NCBI GenBank assembly: GCA_963830345.1
Contig: CAWHLZ010000004.1
Coordinates: 1,362,590-1,426,589, forward strand
From: an uncultured Solirubrobacteraceae bacterium
Lineage (GTDB): Bacteria; Actinomycetota; Thermoleophilia; Solirubrobacterales; Solirubrobacteraceae
Direction: 5' to 3'
DNA length: 64,000 nt
The first letter of the stretch is position 1. Every line of letters starts with the position of its first letter. Positions 11,335 to 24,143 of the stretch are shown here, piece by piece. Made by a program: the position numbers and the translations under genes. Below the pieces are notes generated by a model, which was given only the letters and a program-made list of their open reading frames with translations, did no database searches and was not told where the DNA came from.

Positions 11335-11742
11335 CTACCAAACCTGGGCCAGGACCTCGCCGCCAACGCCAGCCGCGCGGGCGTCGTGGCCGGTCATCAC
11401 GCCGTGCGACGTCGAGACGATCGACGTTCCCATCCCGCCGAGCACCTTGGGGATGTGCTTGGCGTCAACATACGTGCGTCGTCCGGGGCGCGAGACGCGC
11501 CGCAGCCCAGAGATCGCCGAGCGCCGGTCCTCGGTGTACTTGAGCTGAATCTGGATCAACTGCCCGGCCTCACCGTCGGGCGCCGGAATGACCGACCAAG
11601 ACTCGATGTAGCCCTGCTCGTCCAGAATCCTTGCAAGCTCGCTCTTTAGTTTGGACGCCGGGACCTCGACCGTCTCGTGCGCCGCGTGGATCGCATTGCG
11701 CACGCGCGTGAGGAAGTCGGCTATGGGATCGGTCATCGACAT
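11335..11742 (-). CDS. rpsH: 30S ribosomal protein S8
   Basis: 135 aa, [33 protein letters not shown]. Confidence 0.96.
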   Translation of the reverse strand: MSMTDPIADFLTRVRNAIHAAHETVEVPASKLKSELARILDEQGYIESWSVIPAPDGEAGQLIQIQLKYTEDRRSAISGLRRVSRPGRRTYVDAKHIPKVLGGMGTSIVSTSHGVMTGHDARAAGVGGEVLAQVW

Positions 11743-11903
11743 GTTGTGCTCTTGGCTCTCGAGGCTGGCTCTGTTGAAGGAAGTTAGGTGTTACGCGTTG
11801 GTATTCGTCGGAATAGTGGTGCTGCTGGGGTTTTGCTTTTGAAGAGTCTGTCTAACCATCGCTATACAGACTTCTTCAGGTGAAGACATTTCTCGTAAGA
11901 CAG

Positions 11904-12089
11904 CTACCAGGAGGACTTCGTCATCCCGGGAATCTGACCGTTGTGGGCGAGATCGCGAAGACAGATGCGACACACCCCAAACTTGCGGTACACCGCGCGC
12001 GGGCGACCGCAGCGGGTGCAGCGAGTATATGCACGTGTCTTGAACTTGGGAGTCCGCGCCTGCTTGACGCGCTGCGAGGTCTTGGCCAT
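11904..12089 (-). CDS. rpsN: 30S ribosomal protein S14, zinc-binding type Z
   Basis: 61 aa, ...[41 protein letters not shown] (CxxC...CxxC). Confidence 0.95.
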   Translation of the reverse strand: MAKTSQRVKQARTPKFKTRAYTRCTRCGRPRAVYRKFGVCRICLRDLAHNGQIPGMTKSSW

Positions 12090-13147
12090 CAGTCGGTGCC
12101 CTCCTTCTCAGTGGTCTGCGCATCCCCGTCTCCGGGGTCGTCGTTCTGCTCGGCCGCCTCAGGCGCGGCGACCGCCTCGGGCTCAGCGACCGTCTCCGCC
12201 TCCATGGCCTCGGGCTCGGGCTTCTCCGCGGCGGCCTCCGCCTCGGGTTCAGCCTCCGCTACTGACTCAGCCGCCTCCGGCTCCTCGGCGGCTTCCGGCG
12301 CTGCCGCCTCCTCCGACTCCACCGCGACCTCCGGCTCCTCGGCGGCCTCCGGCGCTGCCAACTCCTCCGACTCCACCGCGACCTCCGGCTCCTCAGCGGC
12401 CTCCGGCGCTGCCAACTCCTCCGACTCCACCGCGACCTCCGGCTCCTCAGCGGCCTCCGGCGCGGCGGTGGCCTTGGCCTCCGTTACGGCTGCGGCTGCG
12501 GCGCTGGCGGCCTCGGCCTCTTCGTGTGCACGGGCGGCGGCCTCGTCTGCCTCGGGGTCGTAGCCCTTGGGACGGCCCTGAGGGGAGAACGGCATGCCGA
12601 ATGCGGACAGGAGCGCGTACGCCTCTATGTCGCTTGCTGCGGAGGTGGTGATGGTGATGTCCAGCCCGCGTACCGTGTCGATCTTGTCGTAGTCGATCTC
12701 CGGGAAGATGATCTGCTCTTTGACTCCCAGCGAGTAGTTGCCGCGGCCATCGAACGAGCGCGAGTTCAAGCCCCGGAAGTCGCGGATCCGCGGGATCGCG
12801 ACCGAGATGAGCCGGTCGAGGAACTCGTAGCCACGTTCGGCCCGCAGCGTCACCGCCAGACCTACCGGCATGCCCTCGCGCAGTTTGAACGCGGCGATCG
12901 ACTTGCGTGCGCGACGCACGCTCGGCTGCTGGCCGGCGATGGTGGCGAGCTGTTCGGTCGCTGCCTTGAGCATTTTGGAGTCCTGCTTGGCGAGACCGAC
13001 TCCCATGTTCACGGTGATCTTCTCGATCCTGGGCGCCTGCATCACCGAGGAGTAGCCGAAGCGCTCGACGAGCGCCGGACGGATCTCCTCGAGATAGCGG
13101 GTCTTCAGACGGGCTGTGGGGGCGGTATCAGTGGTGGTAGTGGCCAT
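12089..13147 (-). CDS. rplE: 50S ribosomal protein L5 with an acidic Ala/Glu/Pro-rich C-terminal extension of about 170 aa
   Basis: 352 aa. The N-terminal ~180 aa form a normal L5 ([38 protein letters not shown]). The tail contains [18 protein letters not shown] three times. Confidence 0.93.
   Translation of the reverse strand: MATTTTDTAPTARLKTRYLEEIRPALVERFGYSSVMQAPRIEKITVNMGVGLAKQDSKMLKAATEQLATIAGQQPSVRRARKSIAAFKLREGMPVGLAVTLRAERGYEFLDRLISVAIPRIRDFRGLNSRSFDGRGNYSLGVKEQIIFPEIDYDKIDTVRGLDITITTSAASDIEAYALLSAFGMPFSPQGRPKGYDPEADEAAARAHEEAEAASAAAAAVTEAKATAAPEAAEEPEVAVESEELAAPEAAEEPEVAVESEELAAPEAAEEPEVAVESEEAAAPEAAEEPEAAESVAEAEPEAEAAAEKPEPEAMEAETVAEPEAVAAPEAAEQNDDPGDGDAQTTEKEGTD
12308..12469. repeat. 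Three tandem 54-bp units inside the rplE 3' extension
   Basis: Units start at 12308, 12362 and 12416 (ctcctccgactccaccgcgacctccggctcctc[g/a]gcggcctccggcgctgccaa). A degenerate copy lies just upstream at about 12254. Confidence 0.85.
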
Positions 13148-13152
13148 TGCGA

Positions 13153-13530
13153 TCAGTCGAGCCTCGCGCCCGAGCTCTTGGCTACGCGAACGCGCTCGCC
13201 GCCCGTGCGGTCGATGCCGACTCGGGTTGGCGTGCCCTTGGTGTCGAGGATCATCACGTTCGAGATGTGGATCGGGCCCTCGCGCTCGATCACGCCACCC
13301 ATCTGCTGTTCGCTCTGGGCACCGGCGACCTGCTGCGGGCGCGTGTGACGCTTGATCATGTTCAGTTGCTCGACGTACACCCGTTCCTTGACCGGGTCCA
13401 CGCGCAGGACGCGGCCGGTCTTGCCACGGTCCTTGCCGGACATAACCTGCACGCGATCGCCGGAGCGGATCTTCAGCGAGCGGCGCTTTGGGCGGGCTGC
13501 GACGCCGGCCGACTTGCGCTTGCTCATCAC
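13153..13530 (-). CDS. rplX: 50S ribosomal protein L24
   Basis: 125 aa, [38 protein letters not shown] (KOW motif). Confidence 0.95.
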   Translation of the reverse strand: MMSKRKSAGVAARPKRRSLKIRSGDRVQVMSGKDRGKTGRVLRVDPVKERVYVEQLNMIKRHTRPQQVAGAQSEQQMGGVIEREGPIHISNVMILDTKGTPTRVGIDRTGGERVRVAKSSGARLD

Positions 13531-13895
13531 AGAACCTCCGGCGCGAGCGAGACGATCTTCATGAAGTTGCGCTCGCGCAGTTCGCGCGCGACCGGTCCGA
13601 ACACGCGCGTGCCGCGCGGGTTGTTCTGATCGTCGATGATCACCGCGGCGTTCTCGTCGAAGGCGATGTAGGTCCCGTCATCGCGACCGATGGGCTTCTT
13701 TGTGCGGACGACGACGGCGGTCACGACCTCGCCCTTCTTGACGGCGCCCTGTGGGTTGGCCTGCTTGACGGTCGCGGTGATGACATCGCCGACGAACGCA
13801 TAGCGTCGCTTAGAGCCGCCCTTGACGCGGATGCACAAGATCTCGCGCGCACCCGAGTTGTCGGCCACTCTCAGTCTTGTCTCGTTTTGGATCAT
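13527..13895 (-). CDS. rplN: 50S ribosomal protein L14
   Basis: 122 aa, [33 protein letters not shown]. Confidence 0.97.
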   Translation of the reverse strand: MIQNETRLRVADNSGAREILCIRVKGGSKRRYAFVGDVITATVKQANPQGAVKKGEVVTAVVVRTKKPIGRDDGTYIAFDENAAVIIDDQNNPRGTRVFGPVARELRERNFMKIVSLAPEVL

Positions 13896-14611
13896 CGCGC
13901 CCGCTCCAGCACGTCAACTAGCGCCCAGCGCTTGGTGCGCGACAGCGGCCGACTCTCGATCACCCGCACCACGTCGCCCTCGTGGGCGTCGTTGTTCTCG
14001 TCGTGCGCGTGCACGGTGCCAGAGCTGCGCACGATCTTCTCGTAGCGCCGATGACGGCGTGCGACGTCGATGCGCACTGTGATCGTCTTCTCGGCCTTGT
14101 CGGAAACGACGATGCCCTGACGCACCCTGCGTGTGCCCTCGACGACGGCGTGCACAGGCGCGAGTGCCTCGGGCGCGGGCGCCGCGGCGCGGCGTGTGGC
14201 GGCCTTGGCGCGTTCCTGCAGGCGTCGGGCACGACGACGGGCGGCCTTCGTTCGACGTTCCGCGAGCCGCTCGGCGTGGCGCTCCTCGGGGGAGCGACTC
14301 GGACGAGCCTCGCCGGTGTGCTTGGACCGAGCTCTGCGACGACGCTCCTTGGGAGGAATCTGCTCCACGGGCTCGGCGTGCGGCGCCGGCGTCGTGTGCG
14401 CGGCGGTACTCCCTGCGTCGGCGACCGGCGCCTGCTCTGCCTCGGTCGCGTGGGCCTCGGCACTCGCGCCGGCATCAACGGACTCGTCGCCGGCGGCCTC
14501 AGCCGTCGCGTCGGCCTCCGCGGGCTCGCTGGCGGCGACCTCAGCCGTGGGCGTCTGCTCGGGAGCGTCCTGCTCGATCTCAGGTGTGTCGTTGTCTGGT
14601 TCGTCAGCCAT
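13892..14611 (-). CDS. rpsQ: 30S ribosomal protein S17 with an N-terminal extension of about 150 aa (acidic, then Arg-rich)
   Basis: The C-terminal ~85 aa form S17 ([47 protein letters not shown]...). There is no internal ATG. The ORF start lies 28 nt after the rpmC stop, which favours the long form; an internal GTG start cannot be excluded. Confidence 0.88.
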   Translation of the reverse strand: MADEPDNDTPEIEQDAPEQTPTAEVAASEPAEADATAEAAGDESVDAGASAEAHATEAEQAPVADAGSTAAHTTPAPHAEPVEQIPPKERRRRARSKHTGEARPSRSPEERHAERLAERRTKAARRRARRLQERAKAATRRAAAPAPEALAPVHAVVEGTRRVRQGIVVSDKAEKTITVRIDVARRHRRYEKIVRSSGTVHAHDENNDAHEGDVVRVIESRPLSRTKRWALVDVLERAR

Positions 14612-14639
14612 TTCGTCCGTTCATCCTGTGGTGTGTTGC

Positions 14640-14855
14640 TCAGCTGTGGCCCTGGCCGGGTCCAGCCGCGAGTTCCCGCTCGCGCGCGACGGTCAGCGCC
14701 CGCGCAAGGTCACGCTTGGCGCGGCTCAGGCCCGCCGTGTTATCCAGTTCTCCGGTCGCGTTGGAGAAGCGTAGGCCGAACACCTCTTTGCGTAGCTCGG
14801 TCAACCGCTTCGTCAGTTCGGTCTCGTCCAGGTCTCGCATCTCGCTGGCTTTCAT
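14640..14855 (-). CDS. rpmC: 50S ribosomal protein L29
   Basis: 71 aa, [37 protein letters not shown]. Confidence 0.93.
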   Translation of the reverse strand: MKASEMRDLDETELTKRLTELRKEVFGLRFSNATGELDNTAGLSRAKRDLARALTVARERELAAGPGQGHS

Positions 14856-14857
14856 CG

Positions 14858-15268
14858 TCAGTCCTCGCGCAGCACGAACTTGGACTTGAGCGGCAGCTTG
14901 TGCGCCGCCAGACGGATAGCTTCGCGGGCCAGCGGCTCGGACACGCCGGCGAGCTCGAACATGACGCGGCCGGGCTTGACCACGGCCACCCAGCCTTCAG
15001 GCGAGCCCTTGCCGGAACCCATGCGAGTCTCGGCGGGCTTCTTGGTCACCGGCTTGTCGGGGAACACGTTGATCCACACCTTGCCGCCACGCTTAATCTT
15101 GCGCGTCATCGCCACACGGGCAGCCTCGATCTGGCGGTTGGTCAGCCAACCACACTCGAGCGCCTTCAACCCATAGTCGCCGAACTGCACGTGGAGCTGG
15201 CCACGTGAGTTGCCACGGCGACGCCCGCGGTGCTGCTTGCGGTGCTTGACACGCTTGGGCGAGAGCAT
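14858..15268 (-). CDS. rplP: 50S ribosomal protein L16
   Basis: 136 aa, [23 protein letters not shown]...[27 protein letters not shown]. Confidence 0.97.
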   Translation of the reverse strand: MLSPKRVKHRKQHRGRRRGNSRGQLHVQFGDYGLKALECGWLTNRQIEAARVAMTRKIKRGGKVWINVFPDKPVTKKPAETRMGSGKGSPEGWVAVVKPGRVMFELAGVSEPLAREAIRLAAHKLPLKSKFVLRED

Positions 15269-16194
15269 CAGCGTGCACCTCCGTTGCCTGAGGGTCCGCC
15301 GGATGATCGGGGCCCGCCAGCCCCACGCCCGCCGCCGCCTCCGGGCCCACGCCCGCCGCCACGTCCACCACCGCCACCAGATGATCCGGGCCCGCCAGCC
15401 CCGCGTCCACGTCCGCCGCCGGGCCCGCCGCCACGACCGCCGGGGCCTCCCGGCCCGCGACCCCTACCACGGCCCTCGCGGCCGTCCCGGCCACCGCCGC
15501 GACCGTCGCGCTCAGAGCTCGGCGGCGCGGGCGCGGTCATGTCGGTGAGGTCCGCGCCGGTGTAGCCCTCGGGCATGATCTCGCCCTTGTTCACCCAGCA
15601 CTTGACGCCGATGCGGCCGAAGGTCGTGCGCGCCTCGTAGAAGCCGTAGTCGATGTCCGCGCGCATCGTGTGCAGCGGCACGCGCCCGTCGGAGTAGCTT
15701 TCGGTGCGCGCCATCTCCGCGCCGCCCAGACGCCCGGCGACCTGAACCTTCACGCCCTTGGCACCCGAGCGCATGGCGCTGGTGAGCGCGCGCTTCATCG
15801 CGCGACGGAAGGCCACACGATTCTGCAGCTGCTCGGCGATCGACTGGGCCACCAGCTTGGCGTCGAGCTCAGGGCGCTTGATCTCCAGGATGTTGACCTT
15901 GATCTGCTTTTTGGTCATCCGGTGCAGGTCGCGGCGCAGCGCATCCACTTCGGTGCCGGACTTGCCGATCACGATGCCGGGCCGGGCGGTGTGGATGTTG
16001 ACCTCGAGCTCGTTGGCGTCCTTGCGGATGGTGATATCCGACAGACCCGCGTGGGCGAGCTTGTTGATGATGTGCTCGCGCACGTGCACGTCCTCGGCGA
16101 GGTACTCGGAGAAGTTCTTCTCGTTGAACCAGTTCGACTTCCAGTCGTGGATGTAGCCCACGCGCATAGCCTCTGGATGAACCTTCTGTCCCAT
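15268..16194 (-). CDS. rpsC: 30S ribosomal protein S3 with an RGG/Gly-rich C-terminal extension of about 80 aa
   Basis: 308 aa, [23 protein letters not shown]...; the tail is [41 protein letters not shown].... Confidence 0.96.
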   Translation of the reverse strand: MGQKVHPEAMRVGYIHDWKSNWFNEKNFSEYLAEDVHVREHIINKLAHAGLSDITIRKDANELEVNIHTARPGIVIGKSGTEVDALRRDLHRMTKKQIKVNILEIKRPELDAKLVAQSIAEQLQNRVAFRRAMKRALTSAMRSGAKGVKVQVAGRLGGAEMARTESYSDGRVPLHTMRADIDYGFYEARTTFGRIGVKCWVNKGEIMPEGYTGADLTDMTAPAPPSSERDGRGGGRDGREGRGRGRGPGGPGGRGGGPGGGRGRGAGGPGSSGGGGGRGGGRGPGGGGGRGAGGPRSSGGPSGNGGAR

Positions 16195-16206
16195 TTTCTC
16201 AGTCTC

Positions 16207-16989
16207 TCAGCCGTGTCTTTTGGTGGTCCCCGGCTCGGGGCGCGGGGTCAGGGTGATCGTCAGGTGGCTCGTGCGCTTGCGGATCGGGCTCGCCCGTCCC
16301 ATCGCGCGCGGCCGGAAGCGCTTGATCGTCGGCCCTTCGTCGGCGTACGCCTCACGGACGATCAGATCGTCCTCGAGCAACTCGTGGTTGCTCTCCGCGT
16401 TGGCCACCGCCGACTCGAGCAGCTTGCTCCAGTCGCGCGCCACCTCACGAGGGGTGAAGGCGAGGATAGCGCGTGCCTCCGAGATCGACTTTCCGCGCAG
16501 GTGGCCGCAGACCATCCGCGCCTTGCGCGCGGAGGTGCGCACGTAGCGCGCGTGTGCGCGAACGACCCTGCGTCGGGGCGTCTCTTTGACGCCCGCGGCC
16601 GCGCGACGGGCGAGTTTCCGTGCGGGCTGCTGCTCGACTTGCGCCTTCGCGAGCTCCTGCGCCTCCCCGGTATCACCCGGAGCCGCCACCTCAGCGCTCG
16701 CAGCTTTCTTGGCGCCGCGTTTTTTCGTGGCGGATCTACCGGTGGCCTGCGGTTCGTCCCCGCCGGAGCCAGCCGCCTTTTTCTCGGCAGCCGGCTTTTT
16801 CTCCGCAGCAGCTTTCTTCTCAGCAGCCGGCTTCTTTTCGGCGACCGGTTTCTCAGCAGCCGGCTTTTTCTCAGAAGTAGCTTTTCTTTGAGCAGGGGCT
16901 TTCTTCTCGACAGGGGCTTTTTTCTCGGCGGCCGGCTTTTTCTCGGCGGCCGGCTCCTCGGGCGGATCTGTCGGTTTGTCGGCGCTCAT
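16207..16989 (-). CDS. rplV: 50S ribosomal protein L22 with a Lys/Ala/Glu/Pro-rich N-terminal extension of about 140 aa
   Basis: 260 aa. The C-terminal part is L22 ([34 protein letters not shown]). The N-terminus has (P)AAEKK(A/P) repeats. Confidence 0.92.
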   Translation of the reverse strand: MSADKPTDPPEEPAAEKKPAAEKKAPVEKKAPAQRKATSEKKPAAEKPVAEKKPAAEKKAAAEKKPAAEKKAAGSGGDEPQATGRSATKKRGAKKAASAEVAAPGDTGEAQELAKAQVEQQPARKLARRAAAGVKETPRRRVVRAHARYVRTSARKARMVCGHLRGKSISEARAILAFTPREVARDWSKLLESAVANAESNHELLEDDLIVREAYADEGPTIKRFRPRAMGRASPIRKRTSHLTITLTPRPEPGTTKRHG

Positions 16990-17258
16990 CTACCTGACCT
17001 TCCCCGAGCCCGCGTGACCACGGAACACGCGTGTGGGTGCGAACTCGCCAAGCTTGTGACCGACCATCGACTCGCTGATGTACACGGGCACGTGCCTCTT
17101 GCCATCGTGCACGGCGATTGTGTGACCAACCATCTCCGGGAAGATCGTCGACGCACGCGACCACGTCCTGAGCATTTTTTTGTTGTTCGCGGCGTTCAAC
17201 GCCTCGACGCGCTTCATCAGACGCTCTTCAACCCAGGGGCCCTTCTTGCTCGAGCGGC

Positions 17259-17262
<4 letters not shown>
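16990..17262 (-). CDS. rpsS: 30S ribosomal protein S19
   Basis: 90 aa from the internal ATG: [23 protein letters not shown]...[29 protein letters not shown]. The ATGA overlap with the rplB stop supports this start over the longer track ORF. Confidence 0.95.
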
Positions 17263-18104
<842 letters not shown>

Positions 18105-18117
18105 CGTCTAGTTCTTC

Positions 18118-18265
18118 CTGAGATGGTCGTGAGTCGAGTCAGACAAGAACGCAGCAAGCGTGGTGTGCTGGCCGAAACGGAGATGCGAGCGGAGCGAGTG
18201 TCCCCCGGCTTCGGTACGCGAGCGAGCGAGGACGCAGTATGGCGAAGTGCTCACGGCCATCTCAG
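18118..18265. repeat. 148-bp intergenic element with 16-bp terminal inverted repeats (family copy E1), filling the rplW-rplB spacer
   Basis: ctgagatggtcgtgag (18118-18133) pairs with ctcacggccatctcag (18250-18265), 15/16 complementary. It shares the internal block cgcgagcga.cgaggacgcagtat.gcgaag.gctcacgg with the copy at 21703-21817. The right TIR contains the rplW stop codon. Confidence 0.6.
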
Positions 18266-18564
18266 CCCTCGAGGGCGGCCAGGCCCTGGAAGATCGGAAT
18301 ACTCTCACCGGCGCGCACCTGCACGATCGCCTTCTTCCATGAGCGCGTGCGTCCGCGTCCAGTGTTGCCGCGCCGCTTGGGCTTGGACTTGACGCTCATG
18401 GTCCTCACGTCCACCACATGCACGTCGAACAGCGCCTCCACCGCTTGGCGGATGTGTGTCTTGTGCGCGTCGGCGTGAACGCGGAAGGTGTAGCGGTCGG
18501 CCGCAGAGAGCACGTAGCTCTTCTCAGATACCACCGGGCGGATGAGCACCTGCGTGTGCTCCAT
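18262..18564 (-). CDS. rplW: 50S ribosomal protein L23
   Basis: 100 aa from the internal ATG: MEHTQVLIRPVVSEKSYVLSAADRYTFRVHADAHKTHIRQAVEALF. That ATG overlaps the rplD stop by 1 nt. Confidence 0.93.
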   Translation of the reverse strand: MEHTQVLIRPVVSEKSYVLSAADRYTFRVHADAHKTHIRQAVEALFDVHVVDVRTMSVKSKPKRRGNTGRGRTRSWKKAIVQVRAGESIPIFQGLAALEG

Positions 18565-19253
18565 CAGACCTTCGCCTCCCCGCCCGCGCGAGGCTTGCCA
18601 GCGCGTGCACACAGCGCCTGTAGCGCGGTCTCTGACACGAGCAGCGTGGCAGCGCCAACCAGATCGGTGACCCCCACGTCCTCTGGCGTCAGCACGGCCA
18701 CGCGCGCGAGGTTGCGGAAGGACAGCGCCGCCGCAGACTCGTCGGATGAGAGCACCACGAGTGTCGGACGAGCCTGGGTGGATGGGTTCCAATCTTCCAG
18801 CAGGTCGCGTGCCTGGCTCGTCTTGGGCGTCTGGAAGGCGCTGGCGTCGAGGATCGCAATTGAGCCGCGTCCGGCGTGCAGTGACAGCGCGCTGCGCAGC
18901 GCAGCGCGCTGCTCCTTGCGGTTGACCTTGAACGTGTACGAGCGCGGCTGCGGTCCGAACGCGGTGCCGCCGCCGGTCCACACGGGCGACCGGCTCGAGC
19001 CGGCGCGCGCACGGCCGGTGCCCTTCTGGCGCCACGGCTTGGAGCCACCGCCAGAGACGAGGCCGCGTGTTTTGGTGGAAGCGGTCCCGCGCCGTCGCGC
19101 CGCCTGCTCGGCGCGCACGCTCTGGTGTACCAGCGAACCAACGAAGCGTGTACCGAAGGCGGCGTCGTCGAGCTTGACCTTCCTGCTCGCCTGTGCCCCA
19201 TCGCGGGGTGCACCGGCTGCGGAGCCCGGGGTGAGAATCGGCGCCTCAGGCAT
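18564..19253 (-). CDS. rplD: 50S ribosomal protein L4
   Basis: 229 aa, ...LVHQSVRAEQAARRRGTASTKTRGLVSGGGSKPWRQKGTGRARAGS. Confidence 0.95.
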   Translation of the reverse strand: MPEAPILTPGSAAGAPRDGAQASRKVKLDDAAFGTRFVGSLVHQSVRAEQAARRRGTASTKTRGLVSGGGSKPWRQKGTGRARAGSSRSPVWTGGGTAFGPQPRSYTFKVNRKEQRAALRSALSLHAGRGSIAILDASAFQTPKTSQARDLLEDWNPSTQARPTLVVLSSDESAAALSFRNLARVAVLTPEDVGVTDLVGAATLLVSETALQALCARAGKPRAGGEAKV

Positions 19254-19875
19254 CGGTCCTCACCTCCACGACGGCTCCCGGGGGGCCCGGTACCGAGCCG
19301 CGCACCATCAGCAGGTTCTCCTTGGCGTCCACGCGCACGACCTCGAGACCCTTCTGGGTCACGCGCTTGTTGCCCATCTGCCCAGGGCCGCGAATGCCTT
19401 TGAACACACGCGAGGGCGTCGCCGATGCGCCGATCGAGCCGGGCGCGCGAACGTTGTGCGAGCCGTGGGACTTGGGGCCGCTGGCGAACTTGTGGCGCTT
19501 GATCGTGCCCTGGAAGCCCTTGCCCTTGGAGATCCCCGAGATCTTCACGCGGGCGCCAACCTCGAAAGAGTCCACCGTAACTGCGTCGCCGAGCGCCAGC
19601 TCGCCGGGGTGGGCAGGGTCCTGATCACGGAACTCAGCCAGCCTGCGCATCGGCGGAGCGTCGGCCTTCTTCAGGTGGCCGAGCTCTGGTTTGGACAGGT
19701 GCTTCTCCTTAGTCTGATCGAAGGCGAGCTGCACCGCCGCGTAGCCGTCGCGCTCGGTCGTGCGAATCGCCGTCACCGGGCACGGGCCAGCCTCGAGCAC
19801 GGTGACACGCGCGACGCTTCCATCTTCCTGGAAGACCTGGGTCATGCCGAGCTTCTTGGCGAGTATGGCGGGCAT
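19246..19875 (-). CDS. rplC: 50S ribosomal protein L3
   Basis: 209 aa, [34 protein letters not shown]...[13 protein letters not shown]. Confidence 0.96.
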   Translation of the reverse strand: MPAILAKKLGMTQVFQEDGSVARVTVLEAGPCPVTAIRTTERDGYAAVQLAFDQTKEKHLSKPELGHLKKADAPPMRRLAEFRDQDPAHPGELALGDAVTVDSFEVGARVKISGISKGKGFQGTIKRHKFASGPKSHGSHNVRAPGSIGASATPSRVFKGIRGPGQMGNKRVTQKGLEVVRVDAKENLLMVRGSVPGPPGAVVEVRTDA

Positions 19876-19921
19876 GGAGGGAATCGAACCTGTTCTGTGT
19901 ATGCGTCGAAGCCGTCGCGGT

Positions 19922-20248
19922 TCAGGTGGCCAGGCGGATCTCGATGTCCACGCCCGCCGGAAGGTGGTCCAGGCGCTGGAGCGAGTCGACGGTCTTGGGC
20001 GTCGGTTGGTGGATGTCGATCAGACGCTTGTGCGTGCGAATCTCAAAGTGCTCGCGCGAGTCCTTGTCCTTGAACGGCGAGCGGATCACGCAATACACGT
20101 TCTTCTCCGTGGGCAGCGGCACCGGACCGGACACGCTCGCACCTGTGCGCGTGGCCGTCTCGACGATCTCCCTCGCGGCCGACTCGATGGCGGATGTGTC
20201 ATACGCCTTCAGCCGAATTCGGATCTTATTTTGGTTGGTCGCTGCCAT
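19922..20248 (-). CDS. rpsJ: 30S ribosomal protein S10
   Basis: 108 aa from the internal ATG: [49 protein letters not shown]. The track ORF carries a non-homologous 42-aa leader. Confidence 0.96.
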   Translation of the reverse strand: MAATNQNKIRIRLKAYDTSAIESAAREIVETATRTGASVSGPVPLPTEKNVYCVIRSPFKDKDSREHFEIRTHKRLIDIHQPTPKTVDSLQRLDHLPAGVDIEIRLAT

Positions 20249-20397
20249 GATGATGTTTGGGTGCCGATCGTGTGGTGGTGTGAAGCGTGCGAGGGGGGCG
20301 GATCCCATGTGAGCAGAATCCACCCCCGGGCCCGCCCTTGGCGGGTGTTCATTCGTCGTATCGGACTGCAACACGCCGGCGTCGCCGACGCTGGGTA

Positions 20398-21582
20398 TTA
20401 CTCGATGATCTCGCTGACCACGCCTGAGCCGACCGTGCGACCACCCTCACGAATGGCGAAACGCAGGCCCTGGTCCATGGCAATCGGCTGGATTAGCTCG
20501 ATCTCCATCTGGACGTTGTCGCCGGGCATGACCATCTCGACGCCATCGGGCAGCTTGGCCACACCGGTGACGTCGGTTGTGCGGAAGTAGAACTGAGGCC
20601 GGTAGCCCGTGAAGAAAGGCGTGTGACGTCCACCCTCCTCCTTCTTGAGCACGTAGACCTCCGACTTGAACTTGGTGTGCGGAGTGATCGATCCGGGCTT
20701 GCACAGCACCTGGCCGCGCTCGATCTCCTCGCGCTTGGTGCCACGTAGAAGGCAGCCCACATTGTCGCCCGCGCGACCCTCGTCGAGGATCTTGCGGAAC
20801 ATCTCCACCCCTGTGACAACCGTCGAGGTCGAGTCGTGGACGCCGACGATTTCCACCGTCTCGCCGGTTTTGACGATTCCCTGCTCGACACGCCCGGTCG
20901 CGACAGTGCCACGGCCGGTGATCGAGAAGACGTCCTCGATCGGCATCAGGAACGGCTTGTCGAGCTCGCGCACAGGCTCCGGGATGTAGGAGTCCAGCGC
21001 AGCGGCGAGATCGAGGATCTTCTGCTTGTAGGCCTCGTCGCCTTCGAGTGCCTTCAACGCCGAGCCGGTGATGAAGGGGATGTCGTCGCCCGGAAAGTCA
21101 TACTCGGAGAGCAGCTCACGGACCTCGACCTCGACCAGCTCAAGGAGCTCCTCGTCGTCGACCATGTCGGCCTTGTTGAGGAACACCACTATGTAGGGAA
21201 CACCCACCTGGCGGGCGAGCAGGATGTGCTCGCGCGTCTGCGGCATCGGGCCGTCGGCGGCGGAGACCACGAGGATCGCCCCGTCCATCTGGGCGGCGCC
21301 GGTGATCATGTTCTTGACGTAGTCCGCGTGACCAGGACAGTCGACGTGGGCGTAGTGACGATTCTCCGTCTGGTACTCCACGTGGGAGGTGGCGATCGTG
21401 ATCCCCCGTTCCTTCTCCTCGGGCGCGTTATCGATCTCCTCGAAGCTGCGGGCTTCGGCGCCTCCCTTCTCTGCCAGCACCGTCGTGATGGCAGCGGTCA
21501 ACGTCGTCTTGCCGTGGTCGATGTGACCGATGGTCCCGACGTTGACGTGCGGCTTATCGCGCTCGAACTTCTCCTTCGCCAC
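20398..21582 (-). CDS. tuf: Elongation factor Tu
   Basis: 394 aa, [33 protein letters not shown]...[24 protein letters not shown] start with AGGAG 10 nt upstream. Confidence 0.98.
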   Translation of the reverse strand: MAKEKFERDKPHVNVGTIGHIDHGKTTLTAAITTVLAEKGGAEARSFEEIDNAPEEKERGITIATSHVEYQTENRHYAHVDCPGHADYVKNMITGAAQMDGAILVVSAADGPMPQTREHILLARQVGVPYIVVFLNKADMVDDEELLELVEVEVRELLSEYDFPGDDIPFITGSALKALEGDEAYKQKILDLAAALDSYIPEPVRELDKPFLMPIEDVFSITGRGTVATGRVEQGIVKTGETVEIVGVHDSTSTVVTGVEMFRKILDEGRAGDNVGCLLRGTKREEIERGQVLCKPGSITPHTKFKSEVYVLKKEEGGRHTPFFTGYRPQFYFRTTDVTGVAKLPDGVEMVMPGDNVQMEIELIQPIAMDQGLRFAIREGGRTVGSGVVSEIIE

Positions 21583-21702
21583 TTTTAATTCGCTCCTGTA
21601 TCGACTTGAATGCCCGCCTCTGAGAGGACGAACCTGAGAAATCTATCTGAATGCGGAGTTTCTTGACTGCTGACTGCGATTTGCTCCTATCCGCCTTGTT
21701 CT

Positions 21703-21813
21703 GCGAGATGCTCGTGAGTCGAGCGAGACAAGGACCGAATCCCACCCGCCCGCGTGGCGTGCTTTGCACGCGAGCGACCGAGGACGCAGTATCGCGAAGC
21801 GCTCACGGTCATC

Positions 21814-21817
<4 letters not shown>
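21703..21817. repeat. 115-bp intergenic element with terminal inverted repeats (family copy E2), starting at the fusA stop codon
   Basis: gcgagatgctcgtgag (21703-21718) pairs with ctcacggtcatctcag (21802-21817). It shares the internal block with E1. The right TIR contains the fusA TGA (21814-21816). Confidence 0.6.
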
Positions 21818-23916
<2,099 letters not shown>

Positions 23917-23952
23917 CTATCGGTATTGGGGTCGTTGCTGGCAGCTGAAGGC

Positions 23953-24002
23953 AAAAAAATAGGGCCCTCGGGCCCACGTACGCTGCTGGTCCGGTACGGA
24001 CC
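23953..24002 (-). terminator. Rho-independent terminator (GC hairpin plus T7 tract) preceded by a second hairpin, downstream of the MarR gene and about 40 nt upstream of the fusA start
   Basis: The minus strand reads gggcc-cgag-ggccc-TA-TTTTTTT (23975 down to 23953). Upstream of it lies ggtccg-gta-cggacc (23988-24002). Confidence 0.6.
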
Positions 24003-24143
24003 GGTCCGCGTTCGCTATCTGCTCGAGATCTCCATCTTGATTGCCGAGTCCGCGGTCGCACGTCAATACGCTACGTCCACCGCGACGCCTTTTCGACTAT
24101 AGCAGAGGAATTCCTGCTCCCGAGCGGCCAGCTCGCCCGGCGC

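Noticed and set aside
11743-11903. The low-G+C 161-nt rpsN-rpsH spacer with a hairpin (gaagagtctgt...acagacttcttc, about 11843-11877) as a terminator or regulatory leader
   Set aside because: The hairpin is imperfect and is not followed by a U-tract on the transcribed strand. I cannot tell a functional RNA from a chance structure without comparative data.
11941-12651. Pro/Arg-rich plus-strand ORFs antisense to rplE (also 36947..38029 antisense to rplL/rplJ, and 15670..17304 antisense to rpsC/rplV)
   Set aside because: They mirror the low-complexity extensions of the real genes on the opposite strand and have no independent support.
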